A program made the translations under genes and the position numbers. Below the pieces are notes generated by a model. The model was not told where the DNA came from. It saw nothing but the letters and a program-made list of their open reading frames with translations, and searched no databases. DNA of 63,981 nt, filler included, from Octopus bimaculoides (Eukaryota): assembly GCF_001194135.2 (NCBI RefSeq). It is 4 parts of 4 records of this genome, joined end to end, with 100 filler letters (N's around TTAATTAATTAA, not from the genome) between each part and the next. Parts side by side here need not be neighbours in the genome. Positions count along the whole stretch, not along the records: positions 61,885 to 63,981 come from NC_068992.1; 3 more parts are not named here. One strand, 5' to 3'. This document shows positions 62,653-63,981 of this stretch, piece by piece (positions within the stretch are counted from its first letter, which is position 1; each line of letters opens with the position of its first letter).

Positions 62653-63981
62653 TATAAATATATGCATATACACGAGTGTGTGTATATGTACATGTCTGTG
62701 TATTTTCTGATCAAGGCCTGTTTAATAGCCAACCAGCAAATGTAAATACAAATTAATGAACAGATAGAAGCATGAAACCACTTCTACACCAACACATAAA
62801 GACACCACATAAACCAATTTCTAACAGTTCTTACCTGAAGATTGAAGTGGCTTGAAACTGTCATGAGATAAAAATAGTTTTAAAAAAACCATATACTCTT
62901 ATACTTGCACTGAGCACACTACTCTCATTCATTTGATATAATTCAACATTTGATTTGTTTGTTGCATTTGCTGATAGACTGCTTAAAAAGTCCTTGACCA
63001 CATCTCATTCAAGCACACAAACATCTACATCCACATCTGAAAACCTACAATTCAAAGGTGTAATGTACGTTACATACACTTCAGGTACTCAGAAGTATTT
63101 CATATTCTGTAATATAACACCCAGTGTTATCGGCACATAAAAGTGCAATATATCATACAAAACCATCGTTATTAGTCCAAGCAGTGATAATTTGAGACTG
63201 TTTGATGTCCACACTGGTTGATGCATTAAGGAAGCGCATGGTAAAACTTCAAAGCAGACAGAAGCAGTACTTGATATTCCATGCTACTGCATTTCATATG
63301 AACATACATAAGTTATTTGCAATTTGTTGGTAGGATGACAGAAGAGGGATTAGGTAAGGATAAAGGGAAAGCATTCATTTGTACAATATTGTATGCAAGG
63401 AAGCAAGAATGCAGTATCTTATTCTTCACTGCATATCTGTATAGTCGTAGTTGACTCACATATTCCATCACAGTTCAGGTTATTGTTAATTTTGTAGTGG
63501 GAAAATGTCCAATCCTTCCAGTGAGCAGTAAATCCCTAATCAATTTCTTTTATTCAGTAAGTGGTGATTGCTTGCTTAAATAATCTTTAATCCTCTTTTA
63601 CGTACACACACAGCTCATAGGGATGCCCCAATAGGGTGAGGCTGATCCCACCACAAACCATTTCAAATTATAATTAGCTCACATAATCACAAAGATGCAC
63701 TCACACAAATACACACACACACATCATGTACGTATATATACTTATATGTAAAAGAATATTTGTTTGTTGGTATAAAGTTTGTTTTTCCCCTCTTACATGT
63801 GTTTGACAGGAACTTATTTGTGGTAGGATTCTGTGATTATATAGTTTTATAGTTTTCCTGTCATGAATCTTTATTCATTCAGAAAATTTTCAATTCTGAA
63901 TCATTGCTTTATGAGTTTAGAAATTCACATGTTTAATATTCTTACTCAATGTCAATTTTCTAAATTCGGAGATACTCAATT

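Noticed and set aside
1-63981. CRISPR arrays, rRNA genes or prokaryotic operons
   Set aside because: None seen. The window is eukaryotic with spliceosomal introns, and the recurring sequences are dispersed SINEs rather than repeat-spacer arrays.

Overview
This is AT-rich, microsatellite-dense animal genomic DNA from a gapped draft assembly. The repeat landscape looks like an octopus/cephalopod, which is an inference. I reconstructed two spliced protein-coding genes by hand, each with GT-AG junctions whose phases agree. (1) A six-exon minus-strand gene (17737->11746, 295 aa) that I identify as centromere protein O (CENP-O), with E2F/CRE/ETS motifs upstream. (2) A two-exon plus-strand gene (49365-49480 + 53059-53209) for an 88-aa protein (56 aa from a second in-frame ATG), with a mitochondrial-presequence-like N-terminus and one transmembrane helix, behind an NRF1/ETS promoter; the ORF track shows only its last exon. 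The rest is mostly transposon debris: RTE and CR1-group LINEs, Penelope and CRE-clade fragments, four Tc1/mariner relics, three solo LTRs, several MITE/foldback elements and at least five tRNA-derived SINE families. The most unusual repeats are a tRNA-headed SINE with a decayed hammerhead-ribozyme-like motif, a GC-rich foldback unit carrying TTAGGG repeats, and SINE copies with twin-priming-like inversions. Three N44-TTAATTAATTAA-N44 blocks are artificial assembly spacers. All protein family calls are from motif recognition, not database searches. Repeat boundaries are approximate unless a TIR or TSD is quoted.
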